From Acinetobacter wanghuae (GTDB lineage Bacteria > Pseudomonadota > Gammaproteobacteria > Pseudomonadales > Moraxellaceae), in the NCBI RefSeq assembly GCF_009557235.1, contig NZ_CP045650.1:300001-332000 (forward strand): a stretch of DNA of 32,000 nucleotides, given 5' to 3'. The notes beneath the pieces were generated by a model. The model ran no database searches and was not told the DNA's origin. It saw only the letters and a program-made list of their open reading frames with translations. Position numbers and translations under genes: made by a program. Positions 8,059-16,278 of this stretch are shown piece after piece. Every line of letters starts with the position of its first letter. The stretch's first letter is position 1.

Positions 8059-10245
8059 ATGGCTTTTACATTTGATTCAAAAAAAATTCATTTTAAAGAT
8101 TTACTCTCGGGCATGGTGGTCTTCCTGGTTGCATTACCACTCTGTTTAGGCATTGCATTAGCATCAGGCGCACCGATTATCGCTGGCATTATTTCCGGTA
8201 TTGTCGGTGGTCTACTGGTGGGATTTCTCAGTGGCTCACACATTAGTGTGGCGGGACCTGCCGCAGGATTAACTGCGGTCATTTTGGTTCAATTGGATCT
8301 ATTAGGCGGCAATTATGCCGCTTTTTTATTGTGTGTGATTTTTGCTGGACTGATACAAATTGCCTTTGGTTTATTTCGACTGGGTTTTTTCGCAAACTTT
8401 ATTCCAAGTAATGTCATCTTAGGACTCTTGGCAGCGATTGGTCTCATTTTGATTTTAGGGCAAATCCAGTACTTATTTGGTCTCAATCATTTTACTTGGC
8501 AAGATGTAATGCAAGGTGTAGGTGAACCTATCACTTGGGATAAAGGTTCAAGTATTATCGGGATATTTAGCTTACTGTTTATGCTGATTTGGGATCAGAC
8601 GCGCTTTAAAACGGGGCTGCTGCCTTCGGCCTTGGTCGTGGTAGTGTTGGCGGTGCTTTTAAATATTGGTTTGCAATATATGGCACCCGATTGGGCGGTT
8701 AGAGCGCAGCATCTCATTCAACTTCCTGATATATGGCAGAATCCCAATCAATTCTTTATGTTCCCAGATTGGCAGCAATTGACCAACCCCGCGATCTATA
8801 CGGGTGCAATGACACTTGCCGTTGTTGCATCTTTAGAGACCTTACTGAATTTGGAAGCGGCGGACAAATTAGATCCGGCTAAACGTTCATCACCACCCAA
8901 TCGTGAACTTTGGGCGCAAGGGGTGGGGAATATGGTTTCAGGTGCTATTGGTGGTATGCCATTAACATCGGTCATTGTTCGTAGTTCTGTGAATGCCAGT
9001 GCCGGTGCCAAAACTAAAAACTCAACGATTTTTCATGGGCTATTGTTATTGCTCGCTGTACTGCTTTTTGTGCCGCTGATGAATATGATCCCACTGGCAG
9101 CCTTGGCAGCCATTTTAATTTTAACTGGTTTTAAGCTGACGCATCCGAAGCTATACACACAGCTATATGCCAAAGGTTGGAAACAATTTTTACCGTTCAT
9201 TGTAACCATTATTGCCATTTTAGTGACCGATTTATTGGTCGGTATTTTAATTGGATTAGCTGTTAGTGCTGCTTTTATTTTATATGGCAATTTTAACAAA
9301 GGCATCAAAATTTACCGAGAGCATCATTTGCATGGGGTGATTACGCGCTTGGAATTACCTTCACAAGTGAGTTTTTTAAATCGTTCTGCATTGATTTCAG
9401 CACTGGCACATATTCATCGTGGTGAGCATGTAGTCATTGATGCGACTCAAGTCGATGATATGGATGCTGATATTTTCCAACTCATTCAAGAATTTCAACA
9501 AGAAACCGCACCGCAGCGTGGTATTGAGGTGAAATTGGTCGGATTTAAGTCGCATTATATGGATGCCAAAGAAACTATTTTAGACATTGATATTAGTACC
9601 GCAGCGCTGCAAAAACGCTTAACCCCACAAGAGATTTTGACACTGTTAAAAGCAGGCAATGCGCGTTTTATGAAAAATGAACGCCTTCAGCGAGATATTT
9701 ACCGTCAGCTACGTGTAACCGCTGAAGATGGTCAGCATCCGATTGCCGCTGTACTGGGCTGTATGGACTCACGTGCACCGACAGAAATGATTTTTGATGT
9801 GGGAATTGGTGATTTGTTTAGCTTACGTATTGCAGGCAATATTGCAGGGCAGAAAGTGTTGGGTTCGCTTGAATTTGCTTGCCAAGCCAAAGGTGCGAAA
9901 GTCATTATTGTCTTAGGACATACCGATTGCGGTGCAGTCACCAGTGCTTGCCAGTTACATTTAGCAGGACAATCTGTACAAAGTTTAAAAGCCATGCCTC
10001 ATATTCAGTATGTACTCGGTCCCTTAAATGAATCAGTGGATTGCGTCGCGAAAATGATGCAACCTGCGCAAATGACAGCTGCATTTATTGAGCAAGTGAC
10101 ACAAATGAATGTGCATAACAATATTCGTTATATCTTGCAGCAAAGCAGCGTGCTATGCGATTTGGTCGAACGTGGCGAAATTCTGATTGTTGGTGCGGTA
10201 TATGATGTCAAAACCGGACAAGTCAATTTTTTAGGTGAAAGCTAA
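8059..10245 (+). CDS. SulP-family anion transporter fused to a STAS domain and a C-terminal beta-class carbonic anhydrase
   Basis: The N-terminal polytopic membrane region has the SulP pattern (DLLSGMVVFLVALPLCLGIALASGAP...). A STAS-like segment follows (VITRLELPSQVSFLNRSAL...VVIDATQVDDMDADIFQLI). The C-terminal domain carries the beta-CA zinc-ligand motifs CMDSR and GHTDCGAV. The ORF track starts at TTG 8041. I prefer the ATG at 8059 (MAFTFDSKK). Confidence 0.85.
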   Translation: MAFTFDSKKIHFKDLLSGMVVFLVALPLCLGIALASGAPIIAGIISGIVGGLLVGFLSGSHISVAGPAAGLTAVILVQLDLLGGNYAAFLLCVIFAGLIQIAFGLFRLGFFANFIPSNVILGLLAAIGLILILGQIQYLFGLNHFTWQDVMQGVGEPITWDKGSSIIGIFSLLFMLIWDQTRFKTGLLPSALVVVVLAVLLNIGLQYMAPDWAVRAQHLIQLPDIWQNPNQFFMFPDWQQLTNPAIYTGAMTLAVVASLETLLNLEAADKLDPAKRSSPPNRELWAQGVGNMVSGAIGGMPLTSVIVRSSVNASAGAKTKNSTIFHGLLLLLAVLLFVPLMNMIPLAALAAILILTGFKLTHPKLYTQLYAKGWKQFLPFIVTIIAILVTDLLVGILIGLAVSAAFILYGNFNKGIKIYREHHLHGVITRLELPSQVSFLNRSALISALAHIHRGEHVVIDATQVDDMDADIFQLIQEFQQETAPQRGIEVKLVGFKSHYMDAKETILDIDISTAALQKRLTPQEILTLLKAGNARFMKNERLQRDIYRQLRVTAEDGQHPIAAVLGCMDSRAPTEMIFDVGIGDLFSLRIAGNIAGQKVLGSLEFACQAKGAKVIIVLGHTDCGAVTSACQLHLAGQSVQSLKAMPHIQYVLGPLNESVDCVAKMMQPAQMTAAFIEQVTQMNVHNNIRYILQQSSVLCDLVERGEILIVGAVYDVKTGQVNFLGES

Positions 10246-10251
10246 TCAATC

Positions 10252-10283
10252 AAAAAGATCAGCGAATGAACGCTGATCTTTTT
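10252..10283. terminator. Bidirectional rho-independent terminator between convergent genes
   Basis: An 11-bp stem AAAGATCAGCG (10254-10264) pairs with CGCTGATCTTT (10271-10281) around a 6-nt loop. An A-run precedes it and a T-run follows. It sits between the sulP-CA stop (10245) and the minus-strand stop at 10288. Confidence 0.8.
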
Positions 10284-10287
10284 CAAC

Positions 10288-10599
10288 TTAGAGATTAGGC
10301 ACAATCCAACTGGTAATGATCAGTAAAATACCCAAATGACCCAATTTACGCGTCACATAAACGAGCTTTGACGGTTTTTGTTCAAGTTGCTGAGCATATT
10401 CTTGCATGCTCACGCCTTGCTTACCACGGTTTACGTATAAGAACACTGCTAAGTCGATACAGATGAGAATCGTACCCACATCTGCCACCAATTCCATCAT
10501 TTCGAATTGTTGGGTATATAAATCCATAGCCACGCTATACACCACATATAACCCAAATGCTAAACATGCATATTGCAGGGCAACTAACAACTTCTGCAT
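10288..10599 (-). CDS. Small integral membrane protein, function unknown
   Basis: 103 aa from the ATG at 10599; the ORF track begins at TTG 10608. There are three hydrophobic segments (LLVALQYACLAFGLYVVYSV, VGTILICIDLAVFLYV, LGHLGILLIITSWIV). It is co-directional with the patatin gene and 52 bp downstream of it. I recognise no family. Confidence 0.55.
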   Translation of the reverse strand: MQKLLVALQYACLAFGLYVVYSVAMDLYTQQFEMMELVADVGTILICIDLAVFLYVNRGKQGVSMQEYAQQLEQKPSKLVYVTRKLGHLGILLIITSWIVPNL

Positions 10600-10660
10600 A
10601 AATTTCAATCGCTCAAATAATTCATTTCATTATACAAATAAGTTAGGTCAACACACGCAA

Positions 10661-11740
10661 TTACAAGGCTTGCATGACCTCAGCAAAGTGTTGCTTTTCC
10701 ACTAATTCTAAAAACTCATCACCTAAGCGCTGACTTTCCGCAATGCTTTGCTTCCAGAGCTTAATTCTTTGATGTTGATCTAAACCTTTTAACGTAAAGT
10801 CCTTACGATCGGGCAGACGACCTAAAGGCAAGCTACGTAAATATTCAGAAGATGGCGAAAGTAACACAGTGCGCGTTTGATGATCTGGATGTGCCGTGCG
10901 TTTAAATAACTTGTCGAACCAACCCGGTGTAATTGAATCGGTGAAGTGTGGATAGAGCACAATGCCTTTGCTTGGGAAGGGTAGATCAATATGGTAGTCG
11001 ATTAAGCCACCATCGCGATAACTGCCTTGTGGGGCATCTGGAATATTCTGTACTGCAGACATAACACCAGGAATGGAGGCTGAAGCCATGAGCCAAGCAC
11101 TGACATTGGTTTCAGTCAATTCTTGATAATGGGTTTGAAATGCATCGTCTGGTATTTTAAATTGTTGACCTAAACTTGGCTGGCTAATGACCCGTTGCAT
11201 AAAATGACGGCTATGCTTACGTGCCACAGCGGTTGCACCCACAATCCCTGCAATGGATGCCAGTAAAGGCAAGGCTTTATCACTTTGGAACATATGCTGA
11301 GCTTTGACCGATAAAACCGCAAGATGATAATTGGGGTGATTAACCACATGTGGCGCTCGATCGCCAATTAAAGCCAATAACATGTCGCGGCAGACATCAC
11401 TCACATCTTGGCGTGTCATTTTTTTGTGAAATGATAAATGGGTATAAAGTTCGGCTAAGCGTTCTGTACCTTGTTTAGCACCATGCGCTGCAATACTGGC
11501 AAAACGCCAACTGCCGATAGACGAGCCAATAAGCGTACGTCGCTGCGGGCAACGTTCAAAAAAATCAGCGAAAATAGCTTGGTCCAAGCCTTGAATCCCA
11601 ATCCCTTTAGGGCCACCAGCAGCACCGGGCACAATATCAACCTGTTCAGGTTGCAAACCTTCTTTCAAAATCAAATCGCGGGCAAGATGACCTGCACGAA
11701 TGGTCAAGGCAGGTGGATGTCGTTGCAATATTTGAGTCAT
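10661..11740 (-). CDS. Patatin-like phospholipase family protein
   Basis: Has an oxyanion-hole-like motif GAAGGPKG, a nucleophile elbow GSSIGS (GxSxG) and the catalytic Asp motif RDGGLIDY (DGG). Confidence 0.75.
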   Translation of the reverse strand: MTQILQRHPPALTIRAGHLARDLILKEGLQPEQVDIVPGAAGGPKGIGIQGLDQAIFADFFERCPQRRTLIGSSIGSWRFASIAAHGAKQGTERLAELYTHLSFHKKMTRQDVSDVCRDMLLALIGDRAPHVVNHPNYHLAVLSVKAQHMFQSDKALPLLASIAGIVGATAVARKHSRHFMQRVISQPSLGQQFKIPDDAFQTHYQELTETNVSAWLMASASIPGVMSAVQNIPDAPQGSYRDGGLIDYHIDLPFPSKGIVLYPHFTDSITPGWFDKLFKRTAHPDHQTRTVLLSPSSEYLRSLPLGRLPDRKDFTLKGLDQHQRIKLWKQSIAESQRLGDEFLELVEKQHFAEVMQAL

Positions 11741-11860
11741 TGGGTATCAAGCTTTTTTAAGATAGGGCTATTTTAAAGTGCTTTTGACAAGACCCAATGG
11801 CGGGAAAGATCCAAATGTGACTTCAAGGTCATATGAAAAAGCACCAAAACGACGAAATAT

Positions 11861-11889
11861 AAAAAAGCCTGAATATTCAGGCTTTTTTT
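11861..11889 (-). terminator. Rho-independent terminator of the ubiE-ubiJ-ubiB operon
   Basis: Palindrome AGCCTGAAT/ATTCAGGCT (11866-11883) is flanked by A6 and T7 runs. It lies about 13 nt downstream of the ubiB stop on the minus strand. Confidence 0.8.
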
Positions 11890-11901
11890 GATTCATGATA
11901 T

Positions 11902-13521
11902 TTATTTCATAACGCGCCAAATAGCGAGAATACTGGTCAATATAATCAGTAACGTAGCCACATACCAAGGTGCAACCACAGCAATCGCTAATAGAATCGC
12001 CATGATACTGCCGAACATCCAACTACGTTTCTGCTGATGCTCCATTTGTAGACGCATGCTTTGCAGCTCGTTCAATTGTTTAGCATGCCACGCAGACTGG
12101 TTTTTCAAGCCATTTAAGCTATCAATGAGTAAAGTTGGTAAATCCTGTGCACCTAAAAGTAAATCAGGGATTTTTTGTCCGAGTTCTTTTAAATTTTTCT
12201 GCGGATTCATTTGCGCTTTAATCCAATCGGTAAGGATTGGTTTTGCCAAACTCCAAATATCCAGTTCAGGATATAAATCTGTCCCTAAACCTTCTACATG
12301 CACCAATGTTTTCAGCAACAACATGAGTTGCGGTGGAATTTCCAAATGGAAACGACGTGCAATATCCATGACCTGAATTAAGATGCCCGCAAAATCCAAT
12401 TCATGCATCGGTTTCGATACCATTGGACCGACCGTGCGACGCATTTCACGTGCTAAGGCATCTTGGTCTGTTCCCGGTGGAATCCAACCCGCTTGATGCA
12501 CAATCTGAATCAGCTGCATAAAGTCGCTGTTCATGACCGCAAGCAGCATACGTGCAACAGTCATCTGATCATGTTTAGACAGCTCACCCATAATCGCACA
12601 ATCAAGCGCAATGAAACGTGGATTACTTGGATTAATGGTTTCGACAAAGACATTGCCAGGATGCATATCCGCATGGAAGAAGTTGTCGCGGAAGACTTGT
12701 GTAAAGAAGATGGTTAAACCTTTCTTCGCCAAATCTGCACGGTCCATGCCTAAACGGTCAAAGGTCTCCACATCTGAAATGGGTACACCCGTAATGCGTT
12801 CAGCAACTAAGACATCTTTGCTGTCCATATAAATTTCAGGCACATACATCATACTTGAGCCAGTGAAATTGTGGCGCATTAAACGCGTATTTTCAGCTTC
12901 CAGAGTGAGATCAAGTTCATTCAGAATAATCTGACGATAGTCTTGAATAATCTCATTCAGATGTAAGGCACGTGCTGCTTCAATGCGTTTTTCAAGCGCA
13001 TGACCAAGCCACGCCAAAATTTCAAAATCTTGTAAAATTTGGCTGCGAATATTCGGGCGGGTGACTTTAACCACCACTTCGCGACCATCATGCAGTGCAG
13101 CGGTATGCACTTGTGCAATGGATGCGGCAGCAAGTGGTTGTGCATCAAAACGTGCAAATAAAGTATTTACATCAGCTTTTAATGATTCCTGAATACGCAT
13201 ACGCGCGACATCATTATCAAAAGGTTTTACCCGATCTTGTAATAAGACCAATTGTTGTAAAACTTCAGGTGGAATCAAATCACGACGTGTCGATAAAAGC
13301 TGACCGAGCTTAATGGCAAGGGGTCCCATTTCCTCTAAAGCTTCTTTTAGCTTCAGTGGATTTTTACGCTCCTTACTTGACCAAGCCGCGGGATGCATGC
13401 GAATGAGTGCTAATGCATGACGCGCTTTTTCAGGTAATTCATCCGCAGGAAACAACGTGTCGAGTCTATAGTGCGCGGCAATGCGCCAAAGTTCGAGTAA
13501 ACGTGAAACGTGCGGAATCAT
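11902..13521 (-). CDS. ubiB: Ubiquinone biosynthesis regulatory protein kinase UbiB (ABC1 family)
   Basis: Contains ABC1/UbiB kinase-like blocks LAAASIAQVH, VVVKVTRP, FFHADMHPGNVFV and ALDCAIMGEL. A C-terminal TM pair is present (IMAILLAIAVVAPWYVATLLIILTSILAIW). It occupies the conserved ubiE-ubiJ-ubiB position. Confidence 0.9.
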   Translation of the reverse strand: MIPHVSRLLELWRIAAHYRLDTLFPADELPEKARHALALIRMHPAAWSSKERKNPLKLKEALEEMGPLAIKLGQLLSTRRDLIPPEVLQQLVLLQDRVKPFDNDVARMRIQESLKADVNTLFARFDAQPLAAASIAQVHTAALHDGREVVVKVTRPNIRSQILQDFEILAWLGHALEKRIEAARALHLNEIIQDYRQIILNELDLTLEAENTRLMRHNFTGSSMMYVPEIYMDSKDVLVAERITGVPISDVETFDRLGMDRADLAKKGLTIFFTQVFRDNFFHADMHPGNVFVETINPSNPRFIALDCAIMGELSKHDQMTVARMLLAVMNSDFMQLIQIVHQAGWIPPGTDQDALAREMRRTVGPMVSKPMHELDFAGILIQVMDIARRFHLEIPPQLMLLLKTLVHVEGLGTDLYPELDIWSLAKPILTDWIKAQMNPQKNLKELGQKIPDLLLGAQDLPTLLIDSLNGLKNQSAWHAKQLNELQSMRLQMEHQQKRSWMFGSIMAILLAIAVVAPWYVATLLIILTSILAIWRVMK

Positions 13522-13533
13522 AATGGGGCTTAC

Positions 13534-14211
13534 CTAGTTTTGAGTTGAGTCGTGAGAAGCATCGATCTGTGTTTGAAGCTGACGAATTTTGGCTTCAACA
13601 CGATCTAAATTTTGATTGAGAATACGGGTATCTTGATGCAGGTCATCCATTTGCCAACGCGGGGCAAACAAACCACTGTCTTCTTTCAAGGCATCTTCTG
13701 CAAAGAATAAATGGCTTTGCAAGTTCTGCTTAACATGTTTGGGTGCAAGTTGAACTTTGGCAATTTCATGCGCTAAGCTAGGACCAATCCACGGGCTTAA
13801 ATGCGCGGCTAAATCAGGTTCAGCCTGCTGCATAATCCGTTGGATCTCTTGCAATAGTTTATAATCGCCTTGTAAGGGGATATTTCCCACTTCATCAGCA
13901 AGCAATAATTTGAACAGCTCAACGACATTTGTGACTTTCAGCGTTGCCGTTGCATCTATCACATCGACGCTTGGTTCATCAAATGGACGCTGCTCAAAGA
14001 TAGATGCCGACTCGCTATGACCTGTTGCTGTTGGTTCTAAGCGGACTTTACCGTCATCAAAAAACACATCGACTGAAAGCTGAGGTGACGCGATCACCAC
14101 ACGGAGCATTTTACCGCTTAAGGCATTGAGCTGAATGCGGGTAATCGCATCCAAGTCAATCACATGATGAATAACGCGTTCAATTGCACCAAGTGCCAGA
14201 ATTGACCACAT
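13534..14211 (-). CDS. ubiJ: Ubiquinone biosynthesis accessory factor UbiJ (SCP2 lipid-binding domain)
   Basis: 225 aa, located between ubiE and ubiB as in E. coli yigP/ubiJ. An N-terminal SCP2-like segment is present (LNALSGKMLRVVIASPQLSVDVFFDDGKVRLEP), with a coiled-coil-like C-terminus. The call rests on synteny plus domain pattern. Confidence 0.7.
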   Translation of the reverse strand: MWSILALGAIERVIHHVIDLDAITRIQLNALSGKMLRVVIASPQLSVDVFFDDGKVRLEPTATGHSESASIFEQRPFDEPSVDVIDATATLKVTNVVELFKLLLADEVGNIPLQGDYKLLQEIQRIMQQAEPDLAAHLSPWIGPSLAHEIAKVQLAPKHVKQNLQSHLFFAEDALKEDSGLFAPRWQMDDLHQDTRILNQNLDRVEAKIRQLQTQIDASHDSTQN

Positions 14212-14222
14212 CTGTCAGAACC

Positions 14223-15167
14223 TTACAATTTGAAACCGCGGTGAACGGCAACGATCCCACCAGTTAAGTTGTGGTAATCACAGTTTTGGAAGCCCGCATT
14301 TTCCATCATACCTTTTAAAGTACGTTGGTCTGGGTGCATACGAATCGATTCAGCTAAGTATTTATAGCTTTCAGCATCATTGGCAATGAGTTTACCCATA
14401 ATTGGCAACGCAGTGAATGAGTACAAATCGTATAGTTTTGAGAACGGCTCAAATACAGGTTTAGAGAACTCGAGTACCAATAAACGACCGCCTGGTTTTA
14501 ACACGCGATACATAGCAGCAAGTGCTGCATCTTTATCTGTGACGTTACGTAGACCAAATGAAATGGTCAGTAGGTCAAAACTATTGTCTGCAAATGGCTC
14601 TAATGTTTCAGCATTGGCTAATACAAAGTCTACATTGGTACAGCCTGCATCGATTAAACGATCACGACCGACATTGAGCATAGATTCGTTAATGTCAGAC
14701 AACACCACATGACCCGTTGGACCCACTTCACGGCTAAAGACTTTGGCTAAGTCACCTGTACCGCCTGCAATATCAAGCACGTGTTGACCACGACGAACGC
14801 CTGACATATTGATCGCAAAACGTTTCCATAAACGGTGAATACCAAATGACATCAAGTCATTCATGATGTCGTATTTTGCCGCAACAGAATGGAAGACTTC
14901 TGCCACTTTTTGGGCTTTATCTTCACTGCTAACCGTTTGATAACCGAAATGCGTGGTTGCACCCACGTTGCCTGTATTGGCACCACGTGGCAAGTTGTAT
15001 TTCGGCACTGTACCTGAAACAGGTGTGTCGGTAATACGTTGTTCAAGCGATTGTTGCTGACCTTGCGGTGCACCCGTTGGCAGAGGGGCTGTTAAGAATG
15101 GGCTCACTTTGTCTGTATGTTGTGCCGACTCAGTTGTAGGGGTAGGCGTTTGATTTTCATTCGACAT
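14223..15167 (-). CDS. ubiE: Demethylmenaquinone/ubiquinone C-methyltransferase UbiE
   Basis: Contains [23 protein letters not shown] and the SAM motif [13 protein letters not shown] prefer the ATG at 15167 (MSNENQTP...), which is preceded by a GGAG SD. The ORF track extends to 15215. Confidence 0.9.
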   Translation of the reverse strand: MSNENQTPTPTTESAQHTDKVSPFLTAPLPTGAPQGQQQSLEQRITDTPVSGTVPKYNLPRGANTGNVGATTHFGYQTVSSEDKAQKVAEVFHSVAAKYDIMNDLMSFGIHRLWKRFAINMSGVRRGQHVLDIAGGTGDLAKVFSREVGPTGHVVLSDINESMLNVGRDRLIDAGCTNVDFVLANAETLEPFADNSFDLLTISFGLRNVTDKDAALAAMYRVLKPGGRLLVLEFSKPVFEPFSKLYDLYSFTALPIMGKLIANDAESYKYLAESIRMHPDQRTLKGMMENAGFQNCDYHNLTGGIVAVHRGFKL

Positions 15168-15282
15168 TGGAGTCACTCCTAACATATCAATGGGTTTAAT
15201 CTGAATTGTCAGCATAATGACAGATTCTTAGATCTTATTCAGCATTCATGATGCAATTGTTATTAATAATATACATAAAATG

Positions 15283-15316
15283 TAGCAGAGCGGGTGACTA
15301 GGCACCTTGTCTGCTA
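15283..15316 (-). terminator. Possible terminator hairpin downstream of the hypothetical gene
   Basis: A 7-bp stem TAGCAGA/TCTGCTA encloses a sub-hairpin GGTG..CACC. On the minus strand only a weak U-rich tract follows (ATTTTAT). Confidence 0.35.
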
Positions 15317-15366
15317 TTGCATATCAAACGATACGGTAAAGCAAATTTAACTTCACGCTTATCGAT

Positions 15367-16071
15367 TTATTGAAATGGCTGCGGATCACCTGAATGTACT
15401 TTTTCAATAATTTGACGTTCAACCTTGGTGAAATCAAGCACAAATTTTTCCGCAGATTTTAAGGGTTTCATGGCCAAGAAACCATCTTGCATAAAATCAT
15501 ACATCACATTGAAGTTATATTTGTTGGCTGCACCTTTACACATTTTAAAAGCGGCTTGCACCATAAATGAACGCATATATTTATCGAGACTGACACCCAA
15601 TTGATCGAGCAATGCCAATTGTTTTAGGCGTGCCTCACCTTGATCCAATTTTAAATAGGTATCTCGCATCATGTCATCAGTGAGTGCTTCATAAGGATGA
15701 AAATCTTGCAGCAATTGCATGGCAACTTCTTCATCCAGTTGCACCGCTAAAATGGCTAGTTCAACACCTGAAGTACCCGTTTTAATCGCATTGTCCGGAA
15801 TGAGTTTTTCCGCTTTATGGGCATATTTGGTCAGACGCGCAATTTGATCTGCTAAAGCATCAAAGTCAGGTCCACCATACAAGCGATTTAAAAAATATTC
15901 TGACATCAGGATATTTTGTTTTTCAGCAAATTGTTTGGCATGGGTGCGCTGCATACGCGTTTTTTGCCACGCTTGAACATCTTGCAAACGACGTAACAGA
16001 TCGGGTTGCTGATGATAATGCAGCTGATAATAACGCTCTAACAAATCATCTAAAACTGCAAGTTTGGACAT
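15367..16071 (-). CDS. Conserved hypothetical protein, predicted all-helical, with an EYFLNRLYGG motif
   Basis: 235 aa from the ATG at 16071 (MSKLAVLDDLLERYYQLHYHQQPD...). The longer ORF-track version (to 16194) adds a Cys/His-rich, non-protein-like leader that overlaps the divergent promoter. No catalytic motifs recognised. Confidence 0.6.
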   Translation of the reverse strand: MSKLAVLDDLLERYYQLHYHQQPDLLRRLQDVQAWQKTRMQRTHAKQFAEKQNILMSEYFLNRLYGGPDFDALADQIARLTKYAHKAEKLIPDNAIKTGTSGVELAILAVQLDEEVAMQLLQDFHPYEALTDDMMRDTYLKLDQGEARLKQLALLDQLGVSLDKYMRSFMVQAAFKMCKGAANKYNFNVMYDFMQDGFLAMKPLKSAEKFVLDFTKVERQIIEKVHSGDPQPFQ

Positions 16072-16278
16072 GAGCACTTCAATTCTTATGTGTGGATGAC
16101 TGAATCTTAATGGCTGTGAAGCGATCTCGCCATGACAAATACACAGGGTGAATAAGATTTGTCGGTCAATTTGTCCGAAAAACGGGCAAAACATTCGTTT
16201 AGAATTCGTAGCACAGGCTATGAGTCAGTTCTAGATGTTGTCTATACTGATCATGAAGAATAATCATAAGAGTTGGAT

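Noticed and set aside
11768-12022. 84-aa minus-strand ORF
   Set aside because: It overlaps the ubiB 3-prime end out of frame and runs straight through the ubiB terminator hairpin.
16072-16194. N-terminal 41-codon extension of the hypothetical protein in the ORF track (MFCPFFGQIDRQILFTLCICHGEIAS...)
   Set aside because: It is Cys/His/Phe-rich and not protein-like, and it overlaps the divergent promoter and direct repeats. The ATG at 16071 gives a coherent helical protein.
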